Assembly (NCBI RefSeq): GCF_036971445.1
Contig: NC_091480.1
Location: 87,606,001-87,670,000, forward strand
DNA from: Narcine bancroftii
Lineage: Eukaryota
DNA: 64,000 bases
Reading direction: 5' to 3'
The notes beneath the pieces were generated by a model, which worked only from the letters and a program-made list of their open reading frames with translations, ran no database searches and was not told the origin of the DNA. This document shows, piece by piece, positions 39,606 through 53,495 of the stretch (the first letter of the stretch is position 1; every line of letters begins with the position of its first letter). The position numbers and the translations under genes are program-made.

Positions 39606-40028
39606 GGGTCACGTCTCCAGAATGGAGGACCATCGCCTTCCCAAGATCGTGTTCTATGGCGAGCTCTCCACTGGCCACCGTGACAGAGGTGCACCAAAGA
39701 AAAGGTACAAGGACTGCCTAAAGAAATCTCTTGGTGCCTGCCCCATTGACCACCGCCAGTGGGCTGATCTCGCCTCAAACTGTGCATCTTGGTGCCTCAC
39801 AGTTTGGCGGGCAGCAACCTCTTTTGAAGAAGACCGCAGAGCCCACCTCACTGACAAAAGGCAAAGGAGGAAAAACCCAACACCCAACCCCAACCAACCA
39901 ATTTTCCGCTGCAACTGTGTCTGCCTGTCCCGCATCGGACTTGTCAGCCACAAACGAGCCTGCAGCTGACGTGGACATTTACCCCCTCCATAAATCTTCG
40001 TCCGCGAAGCCAAGCCAAAGAGAAAAAG
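39606..40028 (+). mobile_element. RTE-clade LINE, 5'-truncated
   Basis: MEDHRLPKIVFYGELSTGHRDRGAPKKRYKD...LSRIGLVSHKRACS*; same tail. Confidence 0.92.
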
Positions 40029-40504
40029 TCTCTTTACCTAAAGTAAGAATTCAATGCTGAAGAAATTCAGTAGGTCAAACAGTGTACTTAGTCTCTCCAG
40101 CATTGTGTTTTTACTTCAGTCTTTGCCTACTCTCTCTTACTGGTGGTCACCCAACTAGCTGCAGTCTGCACCTTGGATGTAACCTCATCACAATAACTCC
40201 TACCTATGATCCTCTCGGACGATCGTGAGTTTATCCAGTTCCTGCTCTTTGACGCAGTTAGCAGCTGCAGGGGACACCAAGGGCACTGACTGTCTCCCTG
40301 ACATCCCACATCTAAGGAAGAGCATACTTCTGCACTGACTGCTGTCCTAAACACCCCATCTAATGATTAAGGGTCCTTACCTGCATCTCTGCTCAGCCTT
40401 CTTCTCCCAAGCATCAACACTTGCCTTCAGTCACCTCAAGCACTGCCACCCTCAAATGGTCACTCCAAAAAGGCTGCTCTGTGGTCCTTTCTGCTCTATT
40501 TGTT

Positions 40505-40706
40505 TTTAAATTTAGACATGCAGTACGGTAACAGGCTCTTTCGGCCCAAGACTCCGTGCCACCCAATTGACCTACACCCCCTGTATGTTTTGAACGATGG
40601 GAGGAAACCCACACAGACATGGGGAGAAATTGCAAACTCCTTACAGGTAGGACAGAATTTCAACCCTAGCCCCAGTCACTGACCCACTGTTGCGCTAACC
40701 GCTACT
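40505..40706 (-). mobile_element. V-SINE (HE1-like)
   Basis: aaatttagacatgcagtacgg...gaggaaacccacacagacatggggaga. Confidence 0.75.
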
Positions 40707-41674
40707 GGCTCTCACCACCAACTCAGTTTTCAATTTCCAGTTGTTTCTCCAAGACCCTGTATAGCAAGGCACATTACATCAAGGCTTCACTATAAATGTT
40801 CCCATTGTCTCCCCAAACTAGTTAGCATTAGGCAATCATAAGATTAGATTTAAAATAAAAATGTTAATGCTATATAAAAATCGCTAACTTGTTATACCAT
40901 AGTCACTTCATCACAGCCTTCTAGGTTCAGTTCATATCTTTGTTTTTGTTAGGCATGGAATGATATGGGGTAAGGAGAAATAGGTCGGAATGGGAATAGG
41001 CTACTTGGCCTCTCAGACGTACTCCATCATCCAATAAAACCATGCAGGTCCAATTGAAACCTTTGCTCTGCATTCCTGTAACCCTTTACCCCCCCTTGCA
41101 TAGCAAGTAAACAACTAACTGTACCCTCAAACTCTTTTTTAAATTTTTCTCACTATGAACCATACTGACCAAAATACTGATCCGCAAACTTCACCCATTC
41201 AAGGCAAATAATGGTTTTATTTTTTGTCTGTTTTTTCAAAAAAGTAATCAAAGTTCTAGATTCCCATGAGGAAAGGTCTCCTTATCCATCCTGTCAAGAC
41301 CACTGAGGATCTTATTAATTGCAACCATGTCCACTCTCACTCTCCCACATTTCAGTTAATGCAAGCCTAGATTGTCTAACCTTTCATGGCACAGCCTATC
41401 CCAGTAATTTTTCTGCAAAATCTTCTCTGAACTGCTTTTAAAGCATTAGTATCTGTCGTCAAGTAAGGAAAACCAATGTTATTCAATGTATTTATTATAG
41501 ATTGATCGTACCACTGCTCCCGACATTTGTATTCAGTTGGCTCAGCAATAATATTTTCTGATGTTTTCCTTATGATGTATTAAGATAACCAGCCTGTGGC
41601 TTCCTGTATTCTGTATTTCATTTGAGTTACATTTGTTGGTGTAGTTCTGTTGTGTAGCAATGAAAGGCTGAATA

Positions 41675-42430
41675 CACTGAACGATGATTTTGGGTGTATT
41701 GTATGGATTTTGGGCTGCTGGGCATGAAAATCACCTTCAGATTTTCCTATCACATACTGTATAACTTATTTATTGATTTCCTGTCATGATTTAAGTCTCC
41801 CAGTATTTTGCCCACAGTCCAAGTATGCCTGGTATGCCAAGTATCAGTGCAGGTGCTATGCAGAAGTTGTCTTGGGCATGGGCATGCTTGGAAGGCATTT
41901 AAAGATGTTGTTTAGAATTTTTTTTTGGCAACGACCGAGCACCAAACCATATCCAGCTGATTGGCAACATGCTTCAAGCCTCCAAAACCACGAAATGCAA
42001 CAGATCATTGAGAATTCATTTCCTGCCTTCGCCCTTGAGGCTTCTTCCCTGCTGATCTTGGTGCCGTCATTGACGAATGTGGTGAAAGGTTTCACCAAGG
42101 ATGTTGCGACCATGGAAAAGCGGTACCAGGGCAACTGGAATCCATCAACGCTGGCCGGCTATTGTTGGACACTGACATGAGAGGCATCAGATGCCGAGTA
42201 CAAACAAAAATCAGCAGCAAAACATTTTTTAGGTCCGTTGAACAGACACAATGTATCAGTATCGTTGTGCAATTAAACGTGGCGGATTCAATAAAAGTTC
42301 ATGTTTCTCCAACTTCCTACGTGATACAGCAAATCTGAAGTTTTCTTTGTGTTCGGTTTGAAGTTGTCTATTATAATACCCAGGTTTTTTTTTGCCAGGA
42401 ACTAAACCTTTTGAGGGAAAAAAAATGTGT
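41675..42430 (+). mobile_element. Chapaev3-type DNA transposon remnant
   Basis: Starts CACTGAAC; GERFHQ/DVATMEKRYQGNWNPSTLAGYCWTLT; extended reverse-complement homology to 8723-9281. Confidence 0.75.
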
Positions 42431-43039
42431 GATGATTTTTTTTGTGCTACTACTGTATCCAAATCCATATGTTTATAATAGGTTTTTCTTATCAGTAATG
42501 TCTTCTATTTTATTTATTTTGAGCGCTGTTACTAGGCTTCAGAGTTTTTGTTTCTTTGCTCATAATTCACTTTGGTTGTAGGAAATTTTTTTTAAATTTT
42601 AAAGAAAAATGAATTGATTTTTATGTGGTATATGGACAATCAAGAAATGAGGAATTAGCTCAGTTGTGCTCATTGCTTACGAGATAAAAGTGTTCCTGCA
42701 AACAAGAAGAGATTTTTAAAATAAAGACCTGTCGTGTTTCATTGAAAGTGTGTGTTGATGAGAATTACAAATTGCTTTTTAATATCACCTTCAGGCAAAT
42801 AAAGTTCCCTTTTCTTTGAAATGCCACTTGATTTTATTCATTTCTGTTGAAGTAGAATACTAAAAGGAAAAATGTTTTTTTTTCACCATTTATTTTCCCT
42901 GTTCTCTTGCTGAAATGTGATTCCACAGAGAGTGAGAAGAAGATGGTAGAAGTCGAAGAAACAGAAGCCTTTATGAACGGTACTAGTCACTTTGGTGCAG
43001 ATGCTTAATGAATGAATCATATTGCAGTGTTGATATTCT

Positions 43040-44300
43040 TAGTTCAAAGTTCACATTTGTTATCAGAGTACGTTTTTCTGCCGGCCAGACAGAATGTCAA
43101 CTTAGTGCAAAAAAACTGTACTCATGAAAGCATATGCAATACAGAAAAATATCCAATAATAAATAATGTGCAAATAAGAGTCTGAAATGAGACTCTGATT
43201 GAGTCTGTTCTTTCAGTCTGATGGTGGGAGGGGTAGCAACTGTTCCTGAACCTAGTGGTACGAGTCTTGTGGCAGCAGCGAGAACAGAGTATGTCTTGGG
43301 TGGTGTGGATCCTTGATGATCGCTACTGCTAGAAGGGGTAGCAACTGTTCCTGAACCTAGTGGCACGAGTCTTGTGGTGACAGCAGCGAGAACAGAGCAT
43401 GTGCTGGGTGGTGTGGATCCTTGATGATCACTGCTGCTGGAAGGGGTAGCAACTGTTCCTGAACCTAGTGGTACAAGTCTTGTGGCAGCAGCAAGAACAG
43501 AGCATGTCCTGGGTGGTGTGGATCCTTGATAATCACTACTGCTGGAAGGGGTAGCAACTGTTCCTGAACCTAGTGGCACGAGTCTTGTGGCAGCAGCGAG
43601 AACAGAGCATGTCCTGGGTGGTGTGGATCCTTGATGATCGCTGCTGCTGGAAGGGGTAGCAACTGTTCCTGAACCTAGTGGCACGAGTCTTGTGGTGGCA
43701 GCAGCGAGAACAGAGCATGTCCTGGGTGGTGTAGATCCTTGATAATCGCTGCTGCTGGAAGGGGTAGCAACTGTTCCTGAACCTAGTGGTACAAGTCTTG
43801 TGGCAGCAGCAAGAACAGAGCATGTCCTGGGTGGTGTGGATCCTTGATAATCACTACTGCTGGAAGGGGTAGCAACTGTTCCTGAACCTAGTGGCACGAG
43901 TCTTGTGGCAGCAGCGAGAACAGAGCATGTCCTGGGTGGTGTGGATCCTTGATGATCGCTGCTGCTGGAAGGGGTAGCAACTGTTCCTGAACCTAGTGGC
44001 ACGAGTCTTGTGGCAGAAGCGAGAACAGAGCATGTCCTGGGTGGTGTGGATCCTTGATGATCGCTGCTGCTCTCTGACAGCAGCATTTCCATACAGATTT
44101 TCTCGATGGTGGGGAGAGTTTTGCCTGTGATGTACTGAGCTGTGTTCACTGCCTTTTGCAGGTCTTTCCGCTCAGAGGTATTGGCGCCCCCATACCAGTT
44201 CGTGATGCAGCCTGTCGGCACACTTTCCACTGCTCATCTGTATAAGTTTGCCAAGATTCCTGATGTCATACCGACGAACCTCCGCAAACTTCTGAGGAAC
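43040..44300 (-). mobile_element. Rex1/Babar-like LINE 3' fragment with amplified internal segment
   Basis: ESVPTGCITNWYGG...RKDLQKAVNTAQYITGKTLPTIE; homologous to 12007-12590. Confidence 0.75.
43230..44070. repeat. 105/108-bp tandem repeat x8
   Basis: Units start at 43230, 43335, 43443, 43548, 43653, 43761, 43866 and 43971 (ggggtagcaactgttcctgaacc...). Confidence 0.96.
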
Positions 44301-46494
44301 TCCTGAAGCTATCAGAAAATGAGAGCTGCTGTTATTCAGCAGGTAACAATGGGGTGAGAGTATTTTTCAGGGAAGTAACAGGGTGAGCCAAACTCTACTG
44401 CCTCTTGTCCTTCCTCATTCAAGCAAGTCCTGGATGTACGTAGTTCTCCAGCAAGTCTCAGACATATCACCAGATGTCACTGAATCTGTCATTGAGAGAC
44501 TCCACCTGGAATACAACAAAAGATCCCCAAACAACATGCCAGCCAGACCTACTGATGGTTCCAAGCCAAAGGGAATGGGGTTAGTGATTCTTTAAATAAT
44601 TTTACTTTAACTGGTATTTAATTTAATTGTATGTATTTTATTTAAAACATTTCTTTTCTATGAAGTATTTAGTCAAGTCAGATTTATTCTCATCTGATTG
44701 TTCAAGTACTCGATGAGTCAGTGTTCTCCAGTCCTCGGTGTAAATCACGCAGACATACAACCGGACATAACTCATGAACAGACAAACAATGCATATGCAG
44801 GACAAGTATTTCATAAATACAAATAAATAAATAGATGTGGTTTCATGAATGTGAGAGTCTCGGGTGGTCAGTGTGAGCAGTTCCTTTGGGCGATCAGCAT
44901 TCTCACTGGCCATGGAAAGAAGCTGTTACTCAACCTGGTGGTGCTGGCTCCAATACCTCTTCCCTATCTAGATGTCATTTTACATGTCCCTCAGTATCAG
45001 AGAAATTTTAAAAAGTTCCTTTAAGAAGTTCCGCCCACTGCTTAGATTCTCGCCGAGGGACATCAACATAGTTCAGGAGCGGGCCTCACCTACTCACTGC
45101 TGAGGCCTCTCTGCCCAGCTGTTGGGTGCAGAGGGTCAGCCAGATCCGTTCTCCACATCCTGCCCAGGTAAGTGTGGGTGGTGACCTTGCTGAATGATTC
45201 CAGATGGTGGGTCCGATTCATAGGATCAGCACATTCTGAATCCTTGCAGCAGCTTTAACCGTTTTCAGTGCATTGCATCAACTAACCGCTGCCCTGTGTT
45301 TCCATTCATGAAACACATTTCAGAGTTTTCTAAACTGCAACCTGTTAACAGGCTCTTGATTCAGCCTCACACCAGTTTGAAATATTCGGTGGCTGGCAGC
45401 AGGTCTTTACCAAAATAAATCACAAGTTCTTGTGATCAAATCATGTCTCTTCATATTTGTAAAACCTTGTGCACATTCAATAATTGCAGAATATAAAATT
45501 ACGTGAAACTGTCATGAGAAAGATGTATTATTTATGAATCATCTTCAAAGGCTTCCTCTTCAACATCACATTGTAAAATGATTAGTCGTAAAGGGTTGAT
45601 GGTGAGAAACAATAAAATACACCAAAGCAAAATCTATTATCAAACTTAAAAGCATTTTGTACATTGAAAGGTTTATGTCTCGTGTCTCCACTTCCAGAAT
45701 AGCTAGATTTCTGTTCACTGACATGATCATTATGACATTAATGGCATTCCATTAAAAAGAATAAACCTTGACCCTCTTCAGTCTCTCCAAGAGGTCAGAG
45801 GTACAGTAAACCAATCGTTACTGAATCACAAGAGTGGCAGGGCCAGGTTTTTAGGATGGACTACTGCCTAACATTGTGAGTGAACCCCAAAGGGTATGTA
45901 GGAATGTTGTAGATGTGGTGGCAGAACAACCTTCATCAGGGAATTGTGCTGTTGTTTGCTCTTCTCCGTGGTCAGGGTTAAAAAGTCAAGTTAGCGCGAA
46001 GGTTAGCACAATGCTTCGGTTTCCTCCCACCCTACAAAGGCGTATGGGGTTAATAGATTAATAGGTCACATGGGTGTATTTGGGTGGCACGGGCTTGTAG
46101 CCTGTTGCCCTGCTGGATGTCTAAATTAAATATTTAAATATACAGGTGTGCACCACTTAATGTCCAAAGATACGTTCAGAAATTGAGCATTATGCGACGT
46201 TGAGCGAATACCACATTATATACTTAGCAAAGCTATATAGGATACTGTAAGTGTACCTGTAAACTTTTTATTTGTAAGTAGGGATCAGTGTGGGGCAGTG
46301 GGGAGAGAGTGGGGCAGTGGAATCAGAGTGGGGACCAACACGGGGCAGTGGGATTAGTTGGGACTGAAACAGGGCTGTGGGAAGAGCACGGGGCAGTCGG
46401 ATCAGTTTGGGTATACAGTATACAATATCCTATAGCTAGCAATCACATTTTCTAAATTGCTGCCGACTTGCTTGCATTATCTGAATAATTATGG

Positions 46495-47535
46495 GACCAG
46501 GAACATATGTGCGGTTTTTAAGGGATATTGGCAATCTGGTTGAGAAAAAGAGGGAGATATATAGCAAGTATAGACAACAAGGAGCGAATGAGATATTTGA
46601 AGAGTACAGAAAAAGCAAGAAAATACTTAAGAAAGAAATCAGGAGGCCAAGACATGAGGTTGCTCTGGCAGATAATGTGAAGGTAAACCCGAAGGGTTTC
46701 TACAAGTATATTAAGCGTAAAGGGATAGTAAGAGACAAAATTGCTCCCCTAGAAGATCAGAGTGGTCAACTATGTGTGGAGCCTTATGCAATTGGGGAGA
46801 TCTTAAAGAGTTTTTTTGCATCAATATTTATTCAGGAAATTGGCATACTGTACGAGGAAGAAAGGGAAACAAACAGAAGAGTCATGGAACAGATGGAGAT
46901 GAAGGAGAAGGAGGTGCTTGCTGCCTTACAGTGAATAAAGGTAGTTAAATCACCTGGGCTGGATATGATATTCCCTCAGGCCTTGAGGGAGACTAGTGTA
47001 GAAATTTCAGGGGGGCTGGCTAATATATTCAAAATGTCCTTGGCCACAGGTGAGATGCCAGAGGATTGATGCCCCATTGTTGTAAAAAGGCTCCAAAACT
47101 AAACCAGGTGAGCCTGAAGTCAGTGGTGGGTAAATTGGTATTTGGACAGTTGTGGGCTGATTAAGGATAGCCAGCATGACTTTGTGCATGGTCGGTCGTG
47201 TTTAATGAATATTGTAGAGTTTTTCGAGGAGGTCACCAGGGTGGTGGATGAGGGAACGGCTGTGGATGTGGTCTTTAGTAAGGCCTTTGATAAGGTCCCA
47301 CATGGGAGGTTAGTTCAGAAGGTTCAGACACCTGGGTATTCAAGGAGAAGTTGTAAACTAGATTTGAAATTGGCTCTGTGGGAGAAGACAGAAGGTGGGA
47401 GTGGATGGTTGCTTCTCAGACAGGAGGCCTATGACTAGTGGTGTGCCTCAGGGATCAGTGTTGGGACCATTGTTGTATGTATCAGTGACCTGGTGAATTG
47501 GATCAGCAAATTTGCTGGTCACACAAAGATAGCGA
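46495..47535 (+). mobile_element. CR1 LINE ORF2 fragment
   Basis: LADNVKVNPKGFYKYIKRK, SQHDFVHGRSCL..EFFEEVT, SKAFDKVPH, GVPQGSVLGPL. Confidence 0.85.
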
Positions 47536-50139
47536 GGACAGATATTCCATGGGTTTACTCTGGGTGCTCTAATTTCCTCCCACCCTTCAAAAAATACAGA
47601 GGTTGTAGGTCAATTGTGTGTAATTGGGTGGCACAGGCTTGTGGTCTTAAATGGCCTGTTTACTGTGCTATATGCCTAAATTTGGCATTGAAGTTAGGGA
47701 TAGGAGTCGATGAGGAGAGAGGGAAATTGGGAGGGTATCAAAGCACAGGATGTGGATGTGTCGAGATCAGGGAAACTGATGGCACCACTGAGGGTAGGGC
47801 AAGTACGGAGGTAAATATCAAGCTTGAAGTGAGGAGAAGATCATATAACCATATAACCATTTACAGCACGGAAACAGGCCATGTCGGCCCTTCAAGTCAC
47901 TTGAACAACTCCACTAGCTCCTCCGCAAACTCCTGAGGAAGTAGAGGCTTTCTTCATGATGCCATTGGTATCTTAATCTAAATAGGCAACACTCATTTCT
48001 GAGACTGTTCCAGACTCCACATCCAGAGAAAAATTCTCCCTCATCTACCCGGTCAAGTTGATTTTGAATTTTGCAGGTTATGGCTATCTAAACTCTGGCC
48101 TTGAGAACTCAACTTCTCTTGAAAGATCAGTGTTCATCATAATAATTAGTCTAATGAATTCTTGTTGCATTGTCTCAAAGCCACATATACCTTTGGGGGC
48201 ACAAGAGTCTGCAGACGGTGGAATCGGAAGTAAAAAAAAACCTGTTGGAGAAACTCAGGGAATCGGAGTGCGGGGAAAGAAATAACTGATATTTCGGGTT
48301 GAGGCCCTACAACAGGACCAAGCATATCCTTCCTTGGGTAATAAGCTCTATGTATATATTCCTCCTGATACTGCATACTTGCTTAAGCTTTATTCACATA
48401 GACTCCAATCCTATTTTAATAAAGGCCAACATATTCAATTTGGATACAAAGGCATTAAATACACCTCCAAACACAACTTTTTCTCTGCCTTACTTTTTAA
48501 AAACACTTCTGCTAGTAATATAAAAAAAAATAGGAGATGCTGGATGATTCAACAGATTAGGCTACACTTGTGTTTTCATTTCAGGTGACTGATCTTCCAT
48601 CAGAATTTTTTAAAATTCAACATTTGAAACATTGTTTTGACCTCAACATGCTCCGGCCGCATCCAGAAGTGGGGAGGGGTGCAGGTAGGCAGTGGCAGCA
48701 CAAAGGGGATTTCATGGACACAGTCATAGAGAGATACAGTATGGAAACTGATCCTTCGGCCCATCAAGTCCATGCCAACCATTAACCAACTATTTACACT
48801 GATCCTTCCTTTACCTATTCTCTCCACATTCCCATCATCTTCTATCCACTCTACCACTCATCTACAGATAGGAGCAATTCACAGTGATCAATTAATCGGA
48901 CAACGTGAATGTTTTTGGGAAATTTTGGGCGGAGAGGGTTTGATGATGAAAAACCCGGAGGAAACCGATGTCATCACAGAGGGATCATGCAAGTTCCACA
49001 CAGAATCAGGACTGACCTGGGTCACTGTATCTCTGTGGCAGCAACTGTGTGAGCTGTTCCACTGTGCCACACTTCAACTGCCCTAGTCTACAAATGGAAA
49101 AGATATCGGGATGTAACTGGCTGTGTGGGGAATGGCCCAAGAATTTGGACAATTCCAAGACATTGTTCTCCCAGAGTTATCCCAAGACTCCAATATCCAT
49201 AGATGTCCGCCATACTTCAAATAGTACAACCCAAGCAGATCACAATTTCATAATTGCCTGGAATTTGACCTGAAACTGATCACAAACATGAAAAACTCTA
49301 AGTTTGATTTAATTTTCAACCACATCCTCCTGAAAACCAATTCCATACATTTCTCGGTATAATTCAACCAAATTATATCCAACCTCACCTATTCAAAAAC
49401 AAAAAAATCCATAGTCAGGACAGAGAAAAGGACCTAGCGTGGTAAAGATTAAAGAGAAGGCACCCATCTTCAGTAGTGTGTAAACAATCCTTTATCAATG
49501 AGCAAGAGTTAAACTGAGGATCTGTATTTGCTTTATCTCTGGAGAGTCAACAGAGTTAATTTACCCATCAAACTTTCTTGACAGGTAATAGTTTTATTCC
49601 TATACCATTGGTTTAGTTCAACTCCACACCTGAAAACTGCATCTACCACAGTGATTTGGCTTTGAAATTCTAGTTAAGGCCTCAGCAACAATACACAAAT
49701 CCATTTTATTTTCCCCCACATTCTTATCCACTGCCCCCAATTCAACCACTTAACTATACCTGGCCTGTTAGGCCCACTGACCCAACACATTTTTGGGATG
49801 CGGGAGAGAACCACGGGGAGAACATACAAACTCTACCCATTCAGCACCGTGATCAGGACTGAACCCAGGTCACCAGACGTATAAGGTAGCAGCTCTACCC
49901 GTTGCGCCATTGTGTGCCACTGACATATGTCCGCCAGACTACACCAACCCTACTGCCACTGGGTTGCAAATTTTCTTTAATTCTATGATCACGTATCTGT
50001 ATGAAAAGTGTTCGCTAATTGGATATCCATCTTGAAAAATTATTAATATTTTAAATTTGAGCACCTTTTGATTTTGATCCATTATCAACAACTTTAGATA
50101 ACACCGTTGTATATGGGCCCTAATGTTTATGCAAATGTT

Positions 50140-50420
50140 GAACTCAGGTTGCATGTATGTCAGAGTACATTCATGACATCACATAAAACCCTGAGATTCT
50201 TTTTCCTGTAGGTGGTGCAGAATTACCATTTATTTGCTAATGCAAATATAAACAAATAAAGAAATGTAAGCAAACTGACTGTGGAATACAGAGAGAAAAT
50301 ATACAATGAAGCGGAAAAATAAGAGTCCTTAAATGAGTTTGTTGTTGAGGGGTCTGATGGTGGAGGGGGAGCAGCTGTTCCTGAACCTGGTGGTGCGAGT
50401 ATTGTGGCACCTCGACCTCT
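50140..50420 (-). mobile_element. Rex1/Babar-like LINE 3' tail
   Basis: Reverse-complement homology to about 12290-12580. Confidence 0.65.
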
Positions 50421-51514
50421 GGGTCCTGAGAATATCAATCTGTTCTGCGGCTCGTCCTTGCTTATGAGCTCTAGTGGGGACCCATGTCAAGGTCAATTCC
50501 AAGGCATTGGAAATTTAAAGTTGGCTGAATTTTGCAATGATCTTCATGTGATAAATCATTGTTGGGTGGTGATCTTGTGGTACATGCCTTCCCTTCAGGT
50601 TCGCCTCCCACACAAGGTATCATCTCACATTGACACAGTGACCATTCAGCCACCTTTCAAGCAATCCCATCAATCTCATCCCTGTAACATATCCTCTCTT
50701 GCATGCTAATTCCACCCTGATTTCTCTTACAACCCCAGCAACACAAAGCAGCCAACTCGTCTTCAAACCAGCTCGCCTTTTGGTGTGGGGGAAACTGGAC
50801 CATCCAAGCAAAATGTATTTAGTCTCCATGGAGAGCAGGCAAACTACATATACTGACCAGGTCCACATCTGCCTAAACTTGAAGATCAACTGGAATCAAA
50901 TAGCATTAAGGAACCAATTTCAGTCAATTCCTCACAAAAACCTTTTTGAAAATTCAAATGTGTATTTATTGTGTTGCCGTTGTCTGCTCTTATACTACAC
51001 TTTTCAAAGAATTAAATTAGGCCCAGCATGTCATTCCTTTCTGAAATCCTTGCTGACCATTTATAATATTCCCTTAGTTTTGAATGTCACCTTTTCAGTT
51101 GTTCGGTGCCTGTGGGAACAGAGATTCCCCACACCCTCCACATCCTGTTGTAAAGGTAGACATTGGGAACATAGCTGCAACCTTCAAAATGATATTAATT
51201 ATTCCAAAAATCTGTCATATTCTTGCACTCAGGACAACTTGCAGAAGGAATAAATTAAAAATAAATGATTTATCCTTCACAATATTCATGTCAGATTAAA
51301 AGAGGCACACTGAGCTTTTGAGACTCAACAGTGTTTCAAATTCAAATCTAACTTCCAAGCTTGAAGACACATATATGCACAGATGAAAGGTACACCAAAG
51401 GTGAGGCAGATATTTGAACGTAAAAACTTTTAAAACACCATTCAAACTTCAAAATGCTTTATAGTCAATAAAGTGAACATGACTTCATTGTATTCCTCGG
51501 AGACTGCTTCAAGA

Positions 51515-51623
51515 CAGTGGTGCTCAACCCTTTTTCTCCTCTCACATAGCACCCATGGCATGTACATAGTTAGTCAGGGATTAGTTAAGGTGCCATGTGA
51601 GTGGAAAAGGGTCAGGACCGTTG
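51515..51623. mobile_element. hAT-type MITE (decayed)
   Basis: cagtggtgctcaaccctttt terminus; related to 51967-52082. Confidence 0.5.
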
Positions 51624-51966
51624 AAAAAGATCTGAGATCCGTGCACAGCCTTCACACAGCAAGATCCAATGTGATGACGACCAGATTTTGTCCTTCGATG
51701 GGGAGGGGAAAGGTTGAGGAACTATCCACGAAGAAAAGCTATGCACCTCTTCCAGATGGAATTACCACAGGGAAAAAATAATGTTAACTTTTATGTTGCG
51801 GCAACATTTTTAAGAAGTTTAGGAATAGTTCGTTTGAGCCTGATGCATCATTTGGATAAAACAACTTGTATTAAGTTTTCGTTCAAAATAGTTAAAAGTT
51901 TGCAATATGAAGCCCAGCCCTTTAAAAGAAAATGTCCATTCACATCCTTTAGGTTTAGGGTAACAC

Positions 51967-52082
51967 CAGTAGTTCTCAACCTTTTGCTTTCCACTCCCTT
52001 TGCCATCAGGGCTCTGTGATTAGTAAAGGGGGTTGCTTTAAGGGGGTAGGTGAGTGGGAAGAAAAAGGTTGAGAACCCACTT
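51967..52082. mobile_element. hAT (Charlie-like) MITE
   Basis: TIRs cagtagttctcaacctttt / aaaaggttgagaacccact; no clear TSD. Confidence 0.65.
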
Positions 52083-52859
52083 TGGATTAGAGTAAAAATG
52101 CAAGACCTCCAAAATTGCATTTTGATTCATATTCCTCGGCGAAAACAAAGAGGCCGCCTTTTGCCATCGAGACACGACTGACAACTTTGCAAAATCAGCC
52201 ACCCTGCATCCCATCTTGTGATTATCAGTTCTGCATAAATGCAACCACCCCCACCCACCCCATGCCTTTGAACATCGACTCTGCGTCGCAAAGGCAGCAA
52301 CTCCCCCGGGAGGACGCTGGGGGGCGCGCCGATCTGCCCACACGAACATTGCAACACACATGGGACACATTTTCCTCTGCAATAGATTGTGTCCAGTGAC
52401 TTTTAAAAGCCCATACTCTTCCTTGAGTTTCCTGAAATTACTTTGGCGCGTACTCTTACCCCTGCAAAAACTTAACTGGAACCCAATGGGCTGGAGAGGC
52501 TGCCTTCTCCAAAATCCGTTATCTCCAGAGGTGAGCGGATACCCCCAAAAACGGACAGATCAATCTGAATGGCGAAAATCTAAAGCGTTAACATTGCAAG
52601 AAGAATTAGCTACATTGAAATGGCTACATTTCAATTCACTTTAATAAGAAGAGTCTGAAAGAGAGGGTAAGAGTGGTAAAATCCCAGTTTGGGTTCATTT
52701 GCACGTCCCAATTTAGCCAAAGAACAAATTAAAACAATATAAATATATATATATTTTTAAAACACGCACTTTACAAGAGGTCGCAAACGCAGAACTTGTA
52801 GGAACCAACTGTGATCAATTCAAGGGGGGGGGGGGGGGGGGGAGAAAAGCACATTGATT

Positions 52860-53495
52860 CTTAGGAACATGATTCAAACAGATGTTTAAATCTTCCATCT
52901 GCGGGTTACAACCTTAAAAATCAGTTCAAATCTAAAGTTCTTCGTCCAACCCCCACCAGCTCAAGCGGTTAAGGTTAAGTAGAAATGATACTTCACAATC
53001 CGAATTTGTGAACTCTCAAAATGCACCCGTTCCTTCTTTTGTTCCCGAATTGCGAATCCCACCGTCGGGCTCGTTGATTTGCAAGCCTCGTTACGCGAAA
53101 CGCTTTGGAGCAAGATATCCTTTAAAGATCAACTTTATTCTTTGGGAGAAAAAAAAAGAGAGCTGGTCCGCGGGCTGATTTTATACAGATGTTAGTGGGT
53201 GTTTTCTGCACTGTTTGCCAACAGAATACTCCCACTCATTAGAGGGAATGTGGCCCAATCAGTTCTGAGCTTCTCCAGGATGTAGGCCCTCTCTTGAATC
53301 TTGAAAGCTAAAACCCCCACGAAAGCGGGGAAAGATAGAAAGAAGAATTAAGGACCGCTGGGAGTAAAGTTGCTAAGCACATCTGTAAGTTTGTTTATTT
53401 TTTTTTACCAATTCCCCATTTCTGTATACAGAGCCTGTTTTTTTTTCTTCCCCCTGCTGGCTGACGCCAACCTTCGGAGCCTGGTAGATCACAAC
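52860..53495 (+). promoter_or_regulatory. twist3 proximal promoter / 5' region
   Basis: CCAATCAG (NF-Y-type) at 53255; four CAGATG/CATCTG E-boxes (52879, 52896, 53186, 53380); TSS not determinable. Confidence 0.45.

Noticed and set aside
37226-42900. g6pc3 polyadenylation site
   Set aside because: No AATAAA close to the stop codon; distal candidates (about 40853, 41033, 42719, 42798) cannot be distinguished without transcript data.
43230-44070. CRISPR array or genuine mucin gene
   Set aside because: No spacers; the unit is LINE sequence, mostly read in a non-native frame; no signal peptide or splice support. Kept only as a repeat finding.
53370-53495. 42-aa N-terminal extension of Twist in the ORF track
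   Set aside because: Starts at TTG and is T-rich UTR-like sequence; Twist homology begins at ATG 53496.
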